Source of the DNA: a virus
DNA: 64,000 nucleotides
Strand: one strand, 5' to 3'
IMG/VR virus record: IMGVR_UViG_3300036791_000264
Location: 32,001 to 96,000 of that record
The notes under the pieces were generated by a model. That model worked only from the letters and a program-made list of their open reading frames with translations, made no database searches and was not told the origin of the DNA. This document shows, one piece after another, positions 10,452-19,892 of this stretch. Position numbers and translations under genes: made by a program. Position 1 is the stretch's first letter, and every line of letters begins with the position of its first letter.

Positions 10452-10652
10452 CTACGACCGACTCTGGGCTGTCCAGCCCTCTGTGTACTGGTAGGCGTCC
10501 TCCAGGGACACTGAGGCGCCATGATCATGTCCACAGATCCACTCCCCCCAGCGGTCCCGGAAGCAGGGAGGACCGCTGGCGTCGTCAACGAGGAACGAAC
10601 GTCCGGAAGGGCGAAGCTCCTGGGGAGTGACGATCCCGCGCTGGACTGCCAT
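10452..10652 (-). CDS. Small hypothetical protein (MAVQRGIV...)
   Basis: TGATG overlap with the upstream gene. Confidence 0.5.
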   Translation of the reverse strand: MAVQRGIVTPQELRPSGRSFLVDDASGPPCFRDRWGEWICGHDHGASVSLEDAYQYTEGWTAQSRS

Positions 10653-11194
10653 CAGGTGTAGACGAAGCCGCCCAGGGTGCCGGTGCCTGCCGGTGTAGTC
10701 ACGGCCACGCTGGCGGTCCCCGCTACTGATGTCGCAGGCGTGGTACAGGTGATCGTACTGTCGTTGACCACAACCACAGCGGTGCAGGCAATCCCGCCGA
10801 TGGTCACGGCAGTGGCTCCGGTGAAGCCGTACCCGGTGATGGTGACCGGGGTGGCGACGGCGTGGACCGCGGTGCCTGGGCTGACCCCGGTGGTAGTGGG
10901 TACCTTCGTGGCCTGGCGGTCCGCAACCAGGGCGTCGGGCCAGGAGCAAGAAGCGGTGGAGACAGGGCTGGCGAGGTTCGGGACTGGCGTGGTGGTGACG
11001 TTGGGCGGGACCAGCATGCTGCCCCAGTTCGGGGTGGTGAAGGGGGAAGCGGCCCAGTTGGCAGGGGCTACGTAGGCAACGCCGGTCGCGGGGTCGATGG
11101 TGTTCCACTTCGGGACGGCAGCAGCAGCCGCCGGGTTGCTGGGCAACTCCCTTGGGTTCATGGTGTAGGGATTGGCGCCGGGGTTGTAGGGCAT
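10652..11194 (-). CDS. IPT/TIG (Ig-like) domain protein
   Basis: 'GVSPGT...PVTITGYGFTGATAVTIGG...VVNDSTITCTTP'. Confidence 0.8.
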   Translation of the reverse strand: MPYNPGANPYTMNPRELPSNPAAAAAVPKWNTIDPATGVAYVAPANWAASPFTTPNWGSMLVPPNVTTTPVPNLASPVSTASCSWPDALVADRQATKVPTTTGVSPGTAVHAVATPVTITGYGFTGATAVTIGGIACTAVVVVNDSTITCTTPATSVAGTASVAVTTPAGTGTLGGFVYT

Positions 11195-11204
11195 CGGTTA
11201 CTCC

Positions 11205-11885
11205 TCAGGTCTGGGTGACGACGAATGGTGGGCCGTCATAGGTGGTTCCCGCCACGGTCACCCTGACGGCGTACGTTCCATTCTTCAGGTTGTTCGGCGT
11301 GGCGCAGGTCACGGTGCTGTCATCCACCACCACCAGATCGGTGCAAGGCGTGCTGATCCTCACCTGGGTTGTTCCTGTCAAGGTTGTGCCGGTCACTGTT
11401 ATCGATACTGCTGTGTCCATGGGGCCAGTGTTTGGAGTTACTCCGGTAACGCTGACCCCCTCAGGAGGGTTTTCCCCACCACCTCCTCCTCCTCCCAGGC
11501 GTGGATCTTCGACGGTGACGCCCGCCGCAGCCATCGTGTCTACGTGATCCTGGATGTTGGCGACGGCCAGGTCTTGACGGTCTGGATCCAAGGTCAAGGT
11601 GGGATCAACGGCTTCCGGGTTGGCGGTCTGGAATGCTTGAGCCGCTGCCGTGTTCGCTGGTAGTTCGTAGGGGCTGTAGACCCTGAGTGGGTAGTAGTCC
11701 GGAACCTCGTCAGTAGCTGCGACCTCTTCTTCACCCTCCTCTGTGCCGGCTGCCGTGGCGTCGTCCTCCTCCAGGCGGGCCACCAACTCATCCTTGTGAC
11801 CCGATGTGGGGAGATCCCTGGCTCTAAGCTCGTCCCGCAACTCTTCCACGGTGTTGTTGTGATATGACGCTTCTACGTCTGTCAT
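11205..11885 (-). CDS. SAP domain + IPT/TIG domain protein
   Basis: N-terminal 'TVEELRDELRARDLPTSGHKDELVARL' (SAP); C-terminal 'VTPNTGP...ITVTGTTL...VDDSTVTCATP'. Confidence 0.8.
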   Translation of the reverse strand: MTDVEASYHNNTVEELRDELRARDLPTSGHKDELVARLEEDDATAAGTEEGEEEVAATDEVPDYYPLRVYSPYELPANTAAAQAFQTANPEAVDPTLTLDPDRQDLAVANIQDHVDTMAAAGVTVEDPRLGGGGGGGENPPEGVSVTGVTPNTGPMDTAVSITVTGTTLTGTTQVRISTPCTDLVVVDDSTVTCATPNNLKNGTYAVRVTVAGTTYDGPPFVVTQT

Positions 11886-11940
11886 GCCCTAAGTTTTACC
11901 CATGGCCTGCTCACCCCCTGTGTCACCCCAGGGATCCTCG

Positions 11941-12084
11941 GTGACCACTCCGAAAATCATGGGCGGCGTCGGTCCAAAGAAGGGCAGGGTTATGCAGGAG
12001 TTGTGCATCCGGGCCATGACCAGGCCCTCAGGGAGAGTTGGCCCTCCTGCCCAGGCCAGGTTGAGCGGCCAGTTCACCCCCTGA
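11941..12084 (+). CDS. Small basic hypothetical protein ending in LSGQFTP
   Basis: Short ORF in an intergenic gap; start uncertain. Confidence 0.35.
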   Translation: MTTPKIMGGVGPKKGRVMQELCIRAMTRPSGRVGPPAQARLSGQFTP

Positions 12085-12206
12085 CTGAAGGACAGCACCC
12101 CCAGGTGGCGGAAGCAGGCTCGCAGGGGCGGCTCGGGGGAGCGGTCGATCAGGAAGGCGTCAGCCCAGTCGCATGGCTCTCGCCAGTCGCACACTAGGCT
12201 TGCACT

Positions 12207-12449
12207 ATGCCAGAGATCGCAGCACTTCCTGAGCTTCTGGGGGCTGGTGAGGCTGCTGGGGGGGCTGGTGAGGCCGCTGGGGGCATGGGTCGCATGGGCA
12301 GCATGTTGAAGGATTTCAATGACAATCCTGTCACTAAGATCGCCGGCCACATCGGTGGCAACCTCGTCCACGAGTTCATGGGGTCCATCGGTACCGGTGG
12401 CGGTGACCAGGAGAAAGCCAACATCGGACCTATCGGAAATCTGGCCTGA
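12207..12449 (+). CDS. Gly/Ala-rich hypothetical protein
   Basis: TAGGCT-6nt-ATG start; followed by a terminator. Confidence 0.55.
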   Translation: MPEIAALPELLGAGEAAGGAGEAAGGMGRMGSMLKDFNDNPVTKIAGHIGGNLVHEFMGSIGTGGGDQEKANIGPIGNLA

Positions 12450-12469
12450 TTTTTCACAGGCTGGACGCG

Positions 12470-12496
12470 AAGAGGCCCCCCTGGAGGGGGCCTCTT
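12470..12496. terminator. Hairpin terminator between convergent genes
   Basis: AAGAGGCCCCC-ctgga-GGGGGCCTCTT. Confidence 0.75.
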
Positions 12497-12574
12497 GCAT
12501 GGCTACATGGCTACCACACCATGACCGCAACACCGTCCTAGGAGAACCGATGCCGTGTTTTTCAGTGTAGCGGA

Positions 12575-12964
12575 TCAAGATGCCTGTCGCACCAGCACCC
12601 GGCGCCGTGCTGGCACGGTGGTCTCTTCCCCTTTGTCCTCTGCCAGAGCTTCAGCGACGGTCTTCTCCTGGATGCGCTCGTTGACGTCCCACTCCTGGAG
12701 GCCCCGGCGCGCCAGGGTCTGCTGGACGTACTGGTAGGGCCAGTTGTTCAGGTTGCGGGAGATCTCCATGATCCCCTGCCCGTCGAGGAACATGGCGACG
12801 ATGGTCTCGTCCCGGATCTGGGACTCGTCCCACTTCGCCATGGGGGTCTCGGAGCAGTCCTCGCTACACCAGAACACGAACCGTCCTATGCGGCGCCGGT
12901 AGCCCATGAACACGCCGCAGCAGCGGCAGCGCATCTCCTGAAGGTCATCATCCTGGTCTGCCAT
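12575..12964 (-). CDS. Zn-binding + HTH-like protein
   Basis: CRCC...CSEDC followed by a helix-turn-helix-like segment. Confidence 0.55.
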   Translation of the reverse strand: MADQDDDLQEMRCRCCGVFMGYRRRIGRFVFWCSEDCSETPMAKWDESQIRDETIVAMFLDGQGIMEISRNLNNWPYQYVQQTLARRGLQEWDVNERIQEKTVAEALAEDKGEETTVPARRRVLVRQAS

Positions 12965-13206
12965 TAGCTGGCCTTCCTGAGGGCGGCGATGACCTCGTCC
13001 AGGTAGCTGGCCGGGAAGACGGCGCCGCTCATGTTCTGCCCATTGGGGAGCAAGTTGATGCCAACTCGGATGTAGTCGTCACCACCTCCGGTGGCGATCC
13101 GGGTGATCCGGACCTCGCGGCTGTCGCCCAGCTTGACCCGGCTCAGGATCTTGGGGGGTCGGATCGTCCTGGTGGGGCCTGGCTTGGTGGTCTTACTTTC
13201 TGACAT
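12964..13206 (-). CDS. Hypothetical protein (possibly PC4-like nucleic-acid binding)
   Basis: Overlap packing; beta-rich core with a terminal helix. Confidence 0.45.
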   Translation of the reverse strand: MSESKTTKPGPTRTIRPPKILSRVKLGDSREVRITRIATGGGDDYIRVGINLLPNGQNMSGAVFPASYLDEVIAALRKAS

Positions 13207-14209
13207 GGAATACTCGATCTTTCTCTATGAGGGGGAGGTGATCTGGCCCCTTGACGCAGGCCGATACGGTGGTCTCACGGTAGTTGCCGTGCTTGTCTAT
13301 CCAGCGGCGCTTGTGTTCACGCACTCGCCAGCGATGCGACCACACCACTAGCTGGGGGACATGGTCGGGGTCGGTGATGGTGGGCGGTCGATCCACGGGA
13401 CGCAGGTCGACCACGGTTACCTCTGACAGCGGGCTGTGCGCCCGCTTGAGCCGCTTCAGCATGGGCCGGTCAGCCGGCATGCGGAAGGGGATCTGCTCCT
13501 GCACGAACTCCCACAGGGAGATCACGAAGGCATTGAATCGGTTGACCGAGAAGGCGTAGCTCTCCTTGTGCTTCTCGTACTCCTCACGGTCCCCGGCGGC
13601 GCCATGGAACTCGGCTAGTTCCTCAGGCTTGGACATGTCTTCATCAGTGAGGTTCTGTACCTTCTTGCCCCACGCCCAGGGGACGATGTGCAGGATGGGC
13701 AGGTCGCCACAGACTGAGGTGACTCCCTCCTTGCTACCGAACTCGGCGTACTCCATCTGGTTGATCTCATCCAGTTCGTCGTGGGCGTCGCTGAACTCAG
13801 TCATGACCACGCCCGCCCGTTCCTCTGACCACAGGATGGCCTTGACTGAGGTGACCCGACCACGGGCGTCCAGGATGTGGATGGGACGCTCCAGGTAGAT
13901 GAATCCTCTGGGACAGGGCAAGTCCTGGGGTAGGACGACCTCATGCTCGTGGGCCTCGTAGACATCGGTGAAGTCCCACAGGCGGGCGATGATCGGGCTG
14001 CGGACGTAGAAGGTCTCGGCGCTGTCGAGCCGGCTGATCAGGTACTCGTCCACCTTCCAAGGCTCGTCCAGGTCGCGCATGGTCACGTAGTTGTCGACCA
14101 TGCCCTGGAAGGTTTTGATAAACCCGTCCCGGTACTGGCTCGACTTCCACCAGCGCATCAGCTTGACCTGTTCCTCCAGCACATCGATGGGTCGGTAGAC
14201 GGTAGCCAT
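13193..14209 (-). CDS. Conserved phage protein, paralog of 56987..58054
   Basis: TGATG start (MATVYRP); C-terminal 'WSHRWRV..H...VKGPDHLPLI'. Confidence 0.7.
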   Translation of the reverse strand: MATVYRPIDVLEEQVKLMRWWKSSQYRDGFIKTFQGMVDNYVTMRDLDEPWKVDEYLISRLDSAETFYVRSPIIARLWDFTDVYEAHEHEVVLPQDLPCPRGFIYLERPIHILDARGRVTSVKAILWSEERAGVVMTEFSDAHDELDEINQMEYAEFGSKEGVTSVCGDLPILHIVPWAWGKKVQNLTDEDMSKPEELAEFHGAAGDREEYEKHKESYAFSVNRFNAFVISLWEFVQEQIPFRMPADRPMLKRLKRAHSPLSEVTVVDLRPVDRPPTITDPDHVPQLVVWSHRWRVREHKRRWIDKHGNYRETTVSACVKGPDHLPLIEKDRVFHVRK

Positions 14210-14667
14210 CAGGGCCACACCATCGTGGGGCGAACGTCGATCAGCTTGAGCCGGTACCGGCTGTAGGGCACCCACACGGGCTGACCGGTGCGCTCGATCT
14301 CCTGGAGGACGGCGTAGTACTGGTCGTAGCGGCGCCGGTAGCGTGCCCGCACACTCAGGTACCAGATGGCGTAGATGGGCAGCACCAGGAAGATGAAGAC
14401 GGCGTCGACCCCGGCGAAGACAGCGGCGCTGCCGGCTACGATCAGGAAGCCGGTGTACCACTTGCTCCAGAGATCCTTCTGGTTCTGCATCAGGCCCATG
14501 CACCCGAAGGGGTCCATGTAGCGGCCCAGCTTCTGCTTGCCCTTGACCAGGCGGTACGAGGGAGCCGGCGGATCCGCAGAGCCGCGTAGCTGGGACCAGT
14601 AGTCCTGAGAGTCCAGCAGGTAGTTGGCGTACTTCGGATTCGGCTGCGGTGGTAGTTGGTTTGCCAT
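14209..14667 (-). CDS. Membrane protein
   Basis: Two hydrophobic segments; leaderless TATACT-6nt-ATG start. Confidence 0.65.
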   Translation of the reverse strand: MANQLPPQPNPKYANYLLDSQDYWSQLRGSADPPAPSYRLVKGKQKLGRYMDPFGCMGLMQNQKDLWSKWYTGFLIVAGSAAVFAGVDAVFIFLVLPIYAIWYLSVRARYRRRYDQYYAVLQEIERTGQPVWVPYSRYRLKLIDVRPTMVWP

Positions 14668-14715
14668 GTCTCTAGTATACCACAGTTCGCTCATACATGT
14701 GGGAATGAACACGAG

Positions 14716-14740
14716 GGTGGGAGGGGTCAGCCCTCCCACC
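14716..14740 (-). terminator. Hairpin terminator
   Basis: GGTGGGAGGG-gtcag-CCCTCCCACC just after the 14751 stop. Confidence 0.65.
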
Positions 14741-14750
14741 TCCCATGGGT

Positions 14751-15026
14751 CTAGTAGTCCTCGTCTTCGTCTTCGTCCTCGTCCTCGTCGTCTGGATCCA
14801 GTTCGGTCCAGCCCCTGGCTGAGCCGATCTGGTCTCCGACGTAGTAGACGTGTGACTTGAAGGGGTTGATGGCCTTGTCGACCATGTCCTTTTGCTCCAT
14901 GACTGCTTCCATGGCTTCGGCCTCAGTGACCGGCTGCTCGCTGCCGTTGTAGTAGTTCTCCATCAGGTAGCGGACCACCTGGCTGCGGCTGGTTGTTTCC
15001 TCACCTCCGAGATAGCGCTTGCTCAT
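14751..15026 (-). CDS. Hypothetical protein with acidic tail
   Basis: ATGA overlap, SD GGAGG. Confidence 0.6.
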   Translation of the reverse strand: MSKRYLGGEETTSRSQVVRYLMENYYNGSEQPVTEAEAMEAVMEQKDMVDKAINPFKSHVYYVGDQIGSARGWTELDPDDEDEDEDEDEDY

Positions 15027-16483
15027 TTCTCACCTCCCCTGTACTGCTCTAGTTGAGTCGGGCAGGAGCGCATGCTGGCGCCGATGGTGGCGATGTCATG
15101 GATGAACCGGTCGGTGAAGTGGTCATCGGCGGTGGCATGGGTGAACTCGTGGATGATGAGGGCGTCCAGGGTCTCCTGGTCGACCCCATCGGGCCAGCCC
15201 TTGCCCAGGTGTCGCAGGTAGAAGGTGACCGTGCCATCACTCCAGGACGCCGGGTAGCGCTTGCCCCCGGTGCCGCAGTTGGTGGGCATGAACTTGACGT
15301 CTGGCTTGTACCCCAGGATGAAGTGCCCCACCTCCTGGACGTACCCGGCCACCGCATGCATGCCTTCGGTCCACTGCTCCACCGGGATGGGCGGGATGCC
15401 GTCCGGTGAGGTGGGAACTTGGGTCTGGATGACCTGGCCTGCCGGCTTGAAGGTCTCTCGCTCCCGTATGCGGTCTCGTATGTCACCGCTCAGGGACCGA
15501 CTGTGGATGATCGTGCGGTTCTGGTCGACGGCTCGCTTGGTGGCCTCCCAGTTGGAAGGGTCTGCGATGACAGCGTCCTTGCCGTAGGTGCCCACCATGA
15601 CTGAGTCGAACGCTTCGTCAGTGGCAATGGCAACGACGTCCTTGACCCAGGTGGACTTCTGATCGACAGAGGTCAGCAGGTCGAAGGTGGAGTTGAGCAT
15701 GATCTCCCGCAGCTTGCGGAGGTACGCAGGCTTGACGTTGTCACGGGCGCTGTTGAGGGGCACCTTCTGCCCCACGTTGATGTGGAACCGTCCATCGTGT
15801 TCCACCACCGGGATGCCTAGCTCGTAGATGTAGGGCCGATTGCCGGCTGCCTCAAACAGTTCGACGCTGGTGAGGCGCCTGGTGTCGCGCATGTTGCCCT
15901 CGGCGTCCCAGATAACGGTGTCGAGGGTCTCTTGTGTTGTCCGCACTGGCTCAGTCCGCTCGATGATCTCGTCGTTGAACTTGAAGACCACACCCTTGGG
16001 CACGATGATGGCCCGCATCAGGGTGACGAACTCAGCCGCCTCGGTCTTGTTCAGCTTGAGCCTGGCCTCCAGGATGGTGCCGTGCGGTGTCTTGGCTGCC
16101 TCTTCGACGCGTCCTGCCTTGGTGAAGCGGACACTGCCCTTGGTGGAGGTGATGGAAAGTAGACCGCCGTCGACAGCAATGGCAATCAGTTCCTTCTCCC
16201 CCTGGCCGAAACGGCCACGAGCCTCAGGATCCTCGCGCCGGTTCGATGCTGCGAACAGAGTCCAGGCGTCCTTGAGATTGGTGAACCCATCGGGGTCGTT
16301 GTCCTTGATGACGAGGTCAGCCCAGCCATCCTTCTGTGCGAAGGTGACCAGGACGACGTCGGTGTGGGTGTCGAAGGCGTTGGACAGACCTTCAACCAGG
16401 ATGCGCGGCTTGCCCTTGTTCTGCAAGGTTTGCCGGTACCCTTGGATGTCGATCTCCAACACCTGGGTGGTGTATTTAGCCAT
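15023..16483 (-). CDS. GHKL (HATPase) ATPase fused to a HExxH zincin-like domain
   Basis: 'VEGLSNAFD', 'IKDNDPDGF', 'GRFGQGEK', 'GTIL'; C-terminal 'LIIHEFTH...DDHF'. Confidence 0.75.
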   Translation of the reverse strand: MAKYTTQVLEIDIQGYRQTLQNKGKPRILVEGLSNAFDTHTDVVLVTFAQKDGWADLVIKDNDPDGFTNLKDAWTLFAASNRREDPEARGRFGQGEKELIAIAVDGGLLSITSTKGSVRFTKAGRVEEAAKTPHGTILEARLKLNKTEAAEFVTLMRAIIVPKGVVFKFNDEIIERTEPVRTTQETLDTVIWDAEGNMRDTRRLTSVELFEAAGNRPYIYELGIPVVEHDGRFHINVGQKVPLNSARDNVKPAYLRKLREIMLNSTFDLLTSVDQKSTWVKDVVAIATDEAFDSVMVGTYGKDAVIADPSNWEATKRAVDQNRTIIHSRSLSGDIRDRIRERETFKPAGQVIQTQVPTSPDGIPPIPVEQWTEGMHAVAGYVQEVGHFILGYKPDVKFMPTNCGTGGKRYPASWSDGTVTFYLRHLGKGWPDGVDQETLDALIIHEFTHATADDHFTDRFIHDIATIGASMRSCPTQLEQYRGGEK

Positions 16484-16601
16484 GTGTACATCATAGCATG
16501 TCACATGTGAAGAGTGTTGGCAGCATGTGGACAGATTTGTGTGACACACGTCACACCAAGGGTGCTCACACCTAACTGCTCACTCTGATATGCTATCAGT
16601 C
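16484..16601. promoter_or_regulatory. Divergent leaderless early-type promoters
   Basis: TATGAT-6nt-ATG on the minus strand and ACTGCTCACTCTGa-TATGCT-7nt-ATG on the plus strand; CACATGTG core. Confidence 0.65.
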
Positions 16602-17144
16602 ATGGCAACTACCACACCCAAGCCAGACATCCGGTTCATCGTTGATGTCAGGCCAAGAAAGTACAGTGACCACGGTGGCCTTGAGGCCGTGGCCTACCCA
16701 ATCATCATGGAGGGCGGCAAGATCCGCAACTGCTCCTGGACGTCCCTGACTAACCAGGGTGCTCAGTACGCAGACCTTCGCGTCGAGGGCTGGGTCGACC
16801 GGGACTCGGGCAACAAGGAGGACTTCTACTACGGCTACGAGCCGCTGGAGTATCGGGAGGTTTTCACCTTGACCCTGCCCAGGGCTGAGGTCATGGTGAA
16901 GACTCTCCGGAGTCTCAACAAGAAGGTGGAGGCCCTTAGCAACAAGTTCGGTCGACCCACTGACTTCGCCGGCTTCCTGGGCTATCTTGCCATCGCAGTC
17001 GGCGGTGACGGCACGGCCATGTTCGCTCGCAAGACGAGTGGACATGGCTGGACCCACGACGAGTGCGAGTACCGCTGGCTGGATGTCGACGGTCTCCGGT
17101 ATTACTTCCAAGACGAGCTACGCAAGTGGAGAGGTGATGACTGA
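16602..17144 (+). CDS. Hypothetical protein
   Basis: Leaderless start; codon usage. Confidence 0.65.
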   Translation: MATTTPKPDIRFIVDVRPRKYSDHGGLEAVAYPIIMEGGKIRNCSWTSLTNQGAQYADLRVEGWVDRDSGNKEDFYYGYEPLEYREVFTLTLPRAEVMVKTLRSLNKKVEALSNKFGRPTDFAGFLGYLAIAVGGDGTAMFARKTSGHGWTHDECEYRWLDVDGLRYYFQDELRKWRGDD

Positions 17145-17457
17145 AGTCCACACCTACGAAGACGAGTTCCCCAGGCATCTTGGCCCGCCTCCGGTCCCCA
17201 ACGGGACCGGGGCCAAGCTGCACGACACCACCAAGCCCACCTACCTCCTCCAGATTGACTCTGGAGCCTTCATGGCTGTGTGGGAACACATGGAGGCTGA
17301 GGCCAAGCATCGCTTCCCTACCAATGGCACCTACGCTCACGTTCGCGCCTACCTCCGGGCTGTGGCCGCGTTCCGCCATTGTTACTGGGCCAACCACGAG
17401 GCCCCGGAGCCTCCCAAGCCATCAGTCCGCAAGCTGGTGAGAAGGGCACGCAAGTGA
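17137..17457 (+). CDS. Hypothetical protein
   Basis: SD GAGG; overlap packing; C-terminal VRKLVRRARK. Confidence 0.6.
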   Translation: MTEVHTYEDEFPRHLGPPPVPNGTGAKLHDTTKPTYLLQIDSGAFMAVWEHMEAEAKHRFPTNGTYAHVRAYLRAVAAFRHCYWANHEAPEPPKPSVRKLVRRARK

Positions 17458-17654
17458 GTTACGACAAGTACATCGCATGGCGTCGACTGACCAACAATGG
17501 CCGGCGTGGCCGGGACGAGATGTCTCCGGAGTCCCAGGCTGAGTACGACAGTCATGGCTTCCAGGAACTATCGGCCCCTGACTTTGAAGAGGCCAAGCGC
17601 GCCTACGAGGAGGTCACGCGACGTTCTGACCCTGGATCCTCTTCATCCTCTTGA
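17454..17654 (+). CDS. Hypothetical protein
   Basis: GTGA overlap. Confidence 0.5.
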   Translation: MSYDKYIAWRRLTNNGRRGRDEMSPESQAEYDSHGFQELSAPDFEEAKRAYEEVTRRSDPGSSSSS

Positions 17655-18060
17655 CCGGGTCGTCCATGTGCGCCGGGTTCTTGATCTCGGCATCCTTGGT
17701 GACGTGGTAGGCAGCCTTCTGGAAGTTCGCCACCATCCTGACGTAGGACTTGCTCTGCCCCCAGGGTGACTCCGGGTAGTGGGTGGAGCGGTCTAGGTAC
17801 GCCTGTTGAGGCTTGGCCTCCTTGTCAGCCCAGCCGCCCAGGAACCGGTGGGGGCCAGTTAGCCGCTTCCCCTTCTTCTGCTCCGCATACGCCTGGATGT
17901 CCCGCCCGGTGGTGCCACGCAGTGGCTGCTTCTTCTCGCCCTGGAGGTCTGACACCATGTACCCGCTGGTGGGTCGCTCCCCGGTGTGTACGTTGACCGA
18001 GAAGCCGCCCTTGCTGCGTAGCTCACCACTGAGGCCGCTGAACTGACGAGGACTAAGCAC
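17614..18060 (-). CDS. Hypothetical protein with N-terminal LSPRQF tag
   Basis: TAGCCT-6nt-GTG start; 'GGFSV...PTSGYMVS...FLGGW...YLD' core. Confidence 0.7.
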   Translation of the reverse strand: MLSPRQFSGLSGELRSKGGFSVNVHTGERPTSGYMVSDLQGEKKQPLRGTTGRDIQAYAEQKKGKRLTGPHRFLGGWADKEAKPQQAYLDRSTHYPESPWGQSKSYVRMVANFQKAAYHVTKDAEIKNPAHMDDPVKRMKRIQGQNVA

Positions 18061-18145
18061 ACCCCAAGGCTAGATCTGCCAGCACTGCCCCCCTGGGTCA
18101 CCGAAAACTGAGGGTGTGGGAGGGGGATCTGGGTAGTACCTAGAC

Positions 18146-18349
18146 ATGACTCAGCCTGTCCAGCCCCGCTATCGCTGGACCGTATCGGAGCCGGTGTCTC
18201 TCCTGCTGCGAGTGGTGGCCGTTGCCTGCGTGATTGCCATCCTGCTCGTCGGTTTTATCGTGCTGAGTGACAGCAAGGTGACCGTCGACCGCGTCGCCAC
18301 TGGCTTCATCTCAACTGGTGTACTGGGGGCGATTTTGATCATCATCTAG
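18146..18349 (+). CDS. Small two-TM membrane protein
   Basis: Two hydrophobic helices. Confidence 0.55.
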   Translation: MTQPVQPRYRWTVSEPVSLLLRVVAVACVIAILLVGFIVLSDSKVTVDRVATGFISTGVLGAILIII

Positions 18350-18603
18350 TCAGGGATGACGTTCTCCAGCATGCCCAGGCTCGCCTCTAGCTGGAGGCGT
18401 AGCTCTCGTAGCTGATCGAGTTGGTTCTCCCGGTTACCGGCAAGCTGTCGGTACCGGGAGATGCTCGCGCCCATGGTCATGACCGTGGTGTCGATCTCGT
18501 TGACGATCTCTGGCTCCCGCAGGGAGGCTGAGCGGTCTCTGGCCCTCTTCCAGTAGCCAGTGTCACGCCTGTCTCGTCGCCAGATTTTAAGAGCCGACGC
18601 CAC
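18346..18603 (-). CDS. Hypothetical helical protein
   Basis: Overlap packing. Confidence 0.55.
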   Translation of the reverse strand: MASALKIWRRDRRDTGYWKRARDRSASLREPEIVNEIDTTVMTMGASISRYRQLAGNRENQLDQLRELRLQLEASLGMLENVIPD

Positions 18604-19483
18604 TGGCCTTGTTGCCCACCCTCACCAGGCGCCGCCTGGGAAGCTCAGTGACGGTAGCTATGGGTTCGTGCTGGCTGCTCCTGCCAGCACCGGCAGCTAC
18701 GAGCTTCCGTACTCGCTTGGCAGGAGTCTTCGGCTTGGCCTGCTCTCGCTCCTTGAGTCGCTTGGCTCGTGCCCTCTCCAGGCTCCGCTGCTTGGCCTTG
18801 TCAGCCGCCCTGGCCTCCTTGGACCCAGGTGGCAACCCGTCCTTCCTGGGGCGCCCACGAGGTCGCACAGACCCCTCTGGTCGGTTCTTGGCGGCTCCAG
18901 GCGGCGGTGTGGAAAATGCTGTCTTGGTGAAGGCGTGTCGAGGACCGAACTTTGTCCGGGATCCAGGGCTGTTGAAGTCCAGGGTGGCCTTGGACTCGGA
19001 CTCCAGGGGGACCGCCGGCAAGACGTACTGAGGGCTGGGCCTGGTCTGCACCACGATCTTGAAGCTGGTGTTAGCCAGGGCCAGGGCGTCCTCGACATGC
19101 ACCGGCAGCCCGTTCGTTGGCCCGGTGTTGAAGATCGAGTCAGCCCACGCCTCGACGTCCTCCTGGGTCTTGATCTGCTTGTTCAGCAGGGCCTTGACCC
19201 GTACCCCTAGCTTCTCTAGCTGGGGGATGGTGTCAGGGAAGGCTTCCAGCAGCTTGACGGCACTCTGTCGCAGCTTGTCGACCCGCTCAGGGTCAGACGA
19301 GTACTCCATGCCAGGCCAGATGACGGCAGTGTTCTTGAACCACGTCCAGGTGTCGTCGTGGAACACCGGGATGTAGCCCACACGCCCCAGCTTGATGGTG
19401 CCATTGAAGCCTGCGATTTTTTGCCAAGCCTCAGTTTCGTTCAACTCCACTCTCCAGATCACTAGCTCTAGCAACGGTCTCAT
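18587..19483 (-). CDS. Hypothetical protein with an AT-hook-like basic tail
   Basis: 'RPRGRPRK' motif; start uncertain. Confidence 0.6.
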   Translation of the reverse strand: MRPLLELVIWRVELNETEAWQKIAGFNGTIKLGRVGYIPVFHDDTWTWFKNTAVIWPGMEYSSDPERVDKLRQSAVKLLEAFPDTIPQLEKLGVRVKALLNKQIKTQEDVEAWADSIFNTGPTNGLPVHVEDALALANTSFKIVVQTRPSPQYVLPAVPLESESKATLDFNSPGSRTKFGPRHAFTKTAFSTPPPGAAKNRPEGSVRPRGRPRKDGLPPGSKEARAADKAKQRSLERARAKRLKEREQAKPKTPAKRVRKLVAAGAGRSSQHEPIATVTELPRRRLVRVGNKASGVGS

Positions 19484-19784
19484 GCAAGTTCCGCTCTAGG
19501 GGTGAGTCGCTCAGGATACGCGGAGCCTTCCCACGAATCCAGACGCCTAGCGCGAAGGCATGATGTTTTTTCCGAAGCATAATACCCAGGCCACGCCGCC
19601 AGGGTGGGGTGATCTCTCGGGTGAGGGCTATGGAGAGGCGCCGCTGGTGGGGGTTCGGCTGGCCGCTCCAGGTGTAGAAAATCCACCAGGACTTGGTGTT
19701 GTCAGGAACTGAAGAGGCGTCGGGCAGGCTGGGTAGTACCCAGTCGTTTTCCTCCGGATCTCGGCTGTCGGGGTGGATCTCCAA
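19431..19784 (-). CDS. Hypothetical protein
   Basis: ORF inside a minus-strand operon; start uncertain. Confidence 0.45.
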   Translation of the reverse strand: MEIHPDSRDPEENDWVLPSLPDASSVPDNTKSWWIFYTWSGQPNPHQRRLSIALTREITPPWRRGLGIMLRKKHHAFALGVWIRGKAPRILSDSPLERNLHETVARASDLESGVERN

Positions 19785-19892
19785 GAACCTTTTCGTTCTC
19801 TGCTAGGGCTTCATCGATCTGGGCTAAGAGAGCGTCAATCCGCTCATTCAGCACAGGGGCTTTTTTCGGCGGATCGCACTTTTTCGGCATGG

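Noticed and set aside
12098-12190. tRNA-like start (CCCAGGTGGCGGAA)
   Set aside because: No T-loop (GTTCRA), anticodon arm or matching acceptor stem follows.
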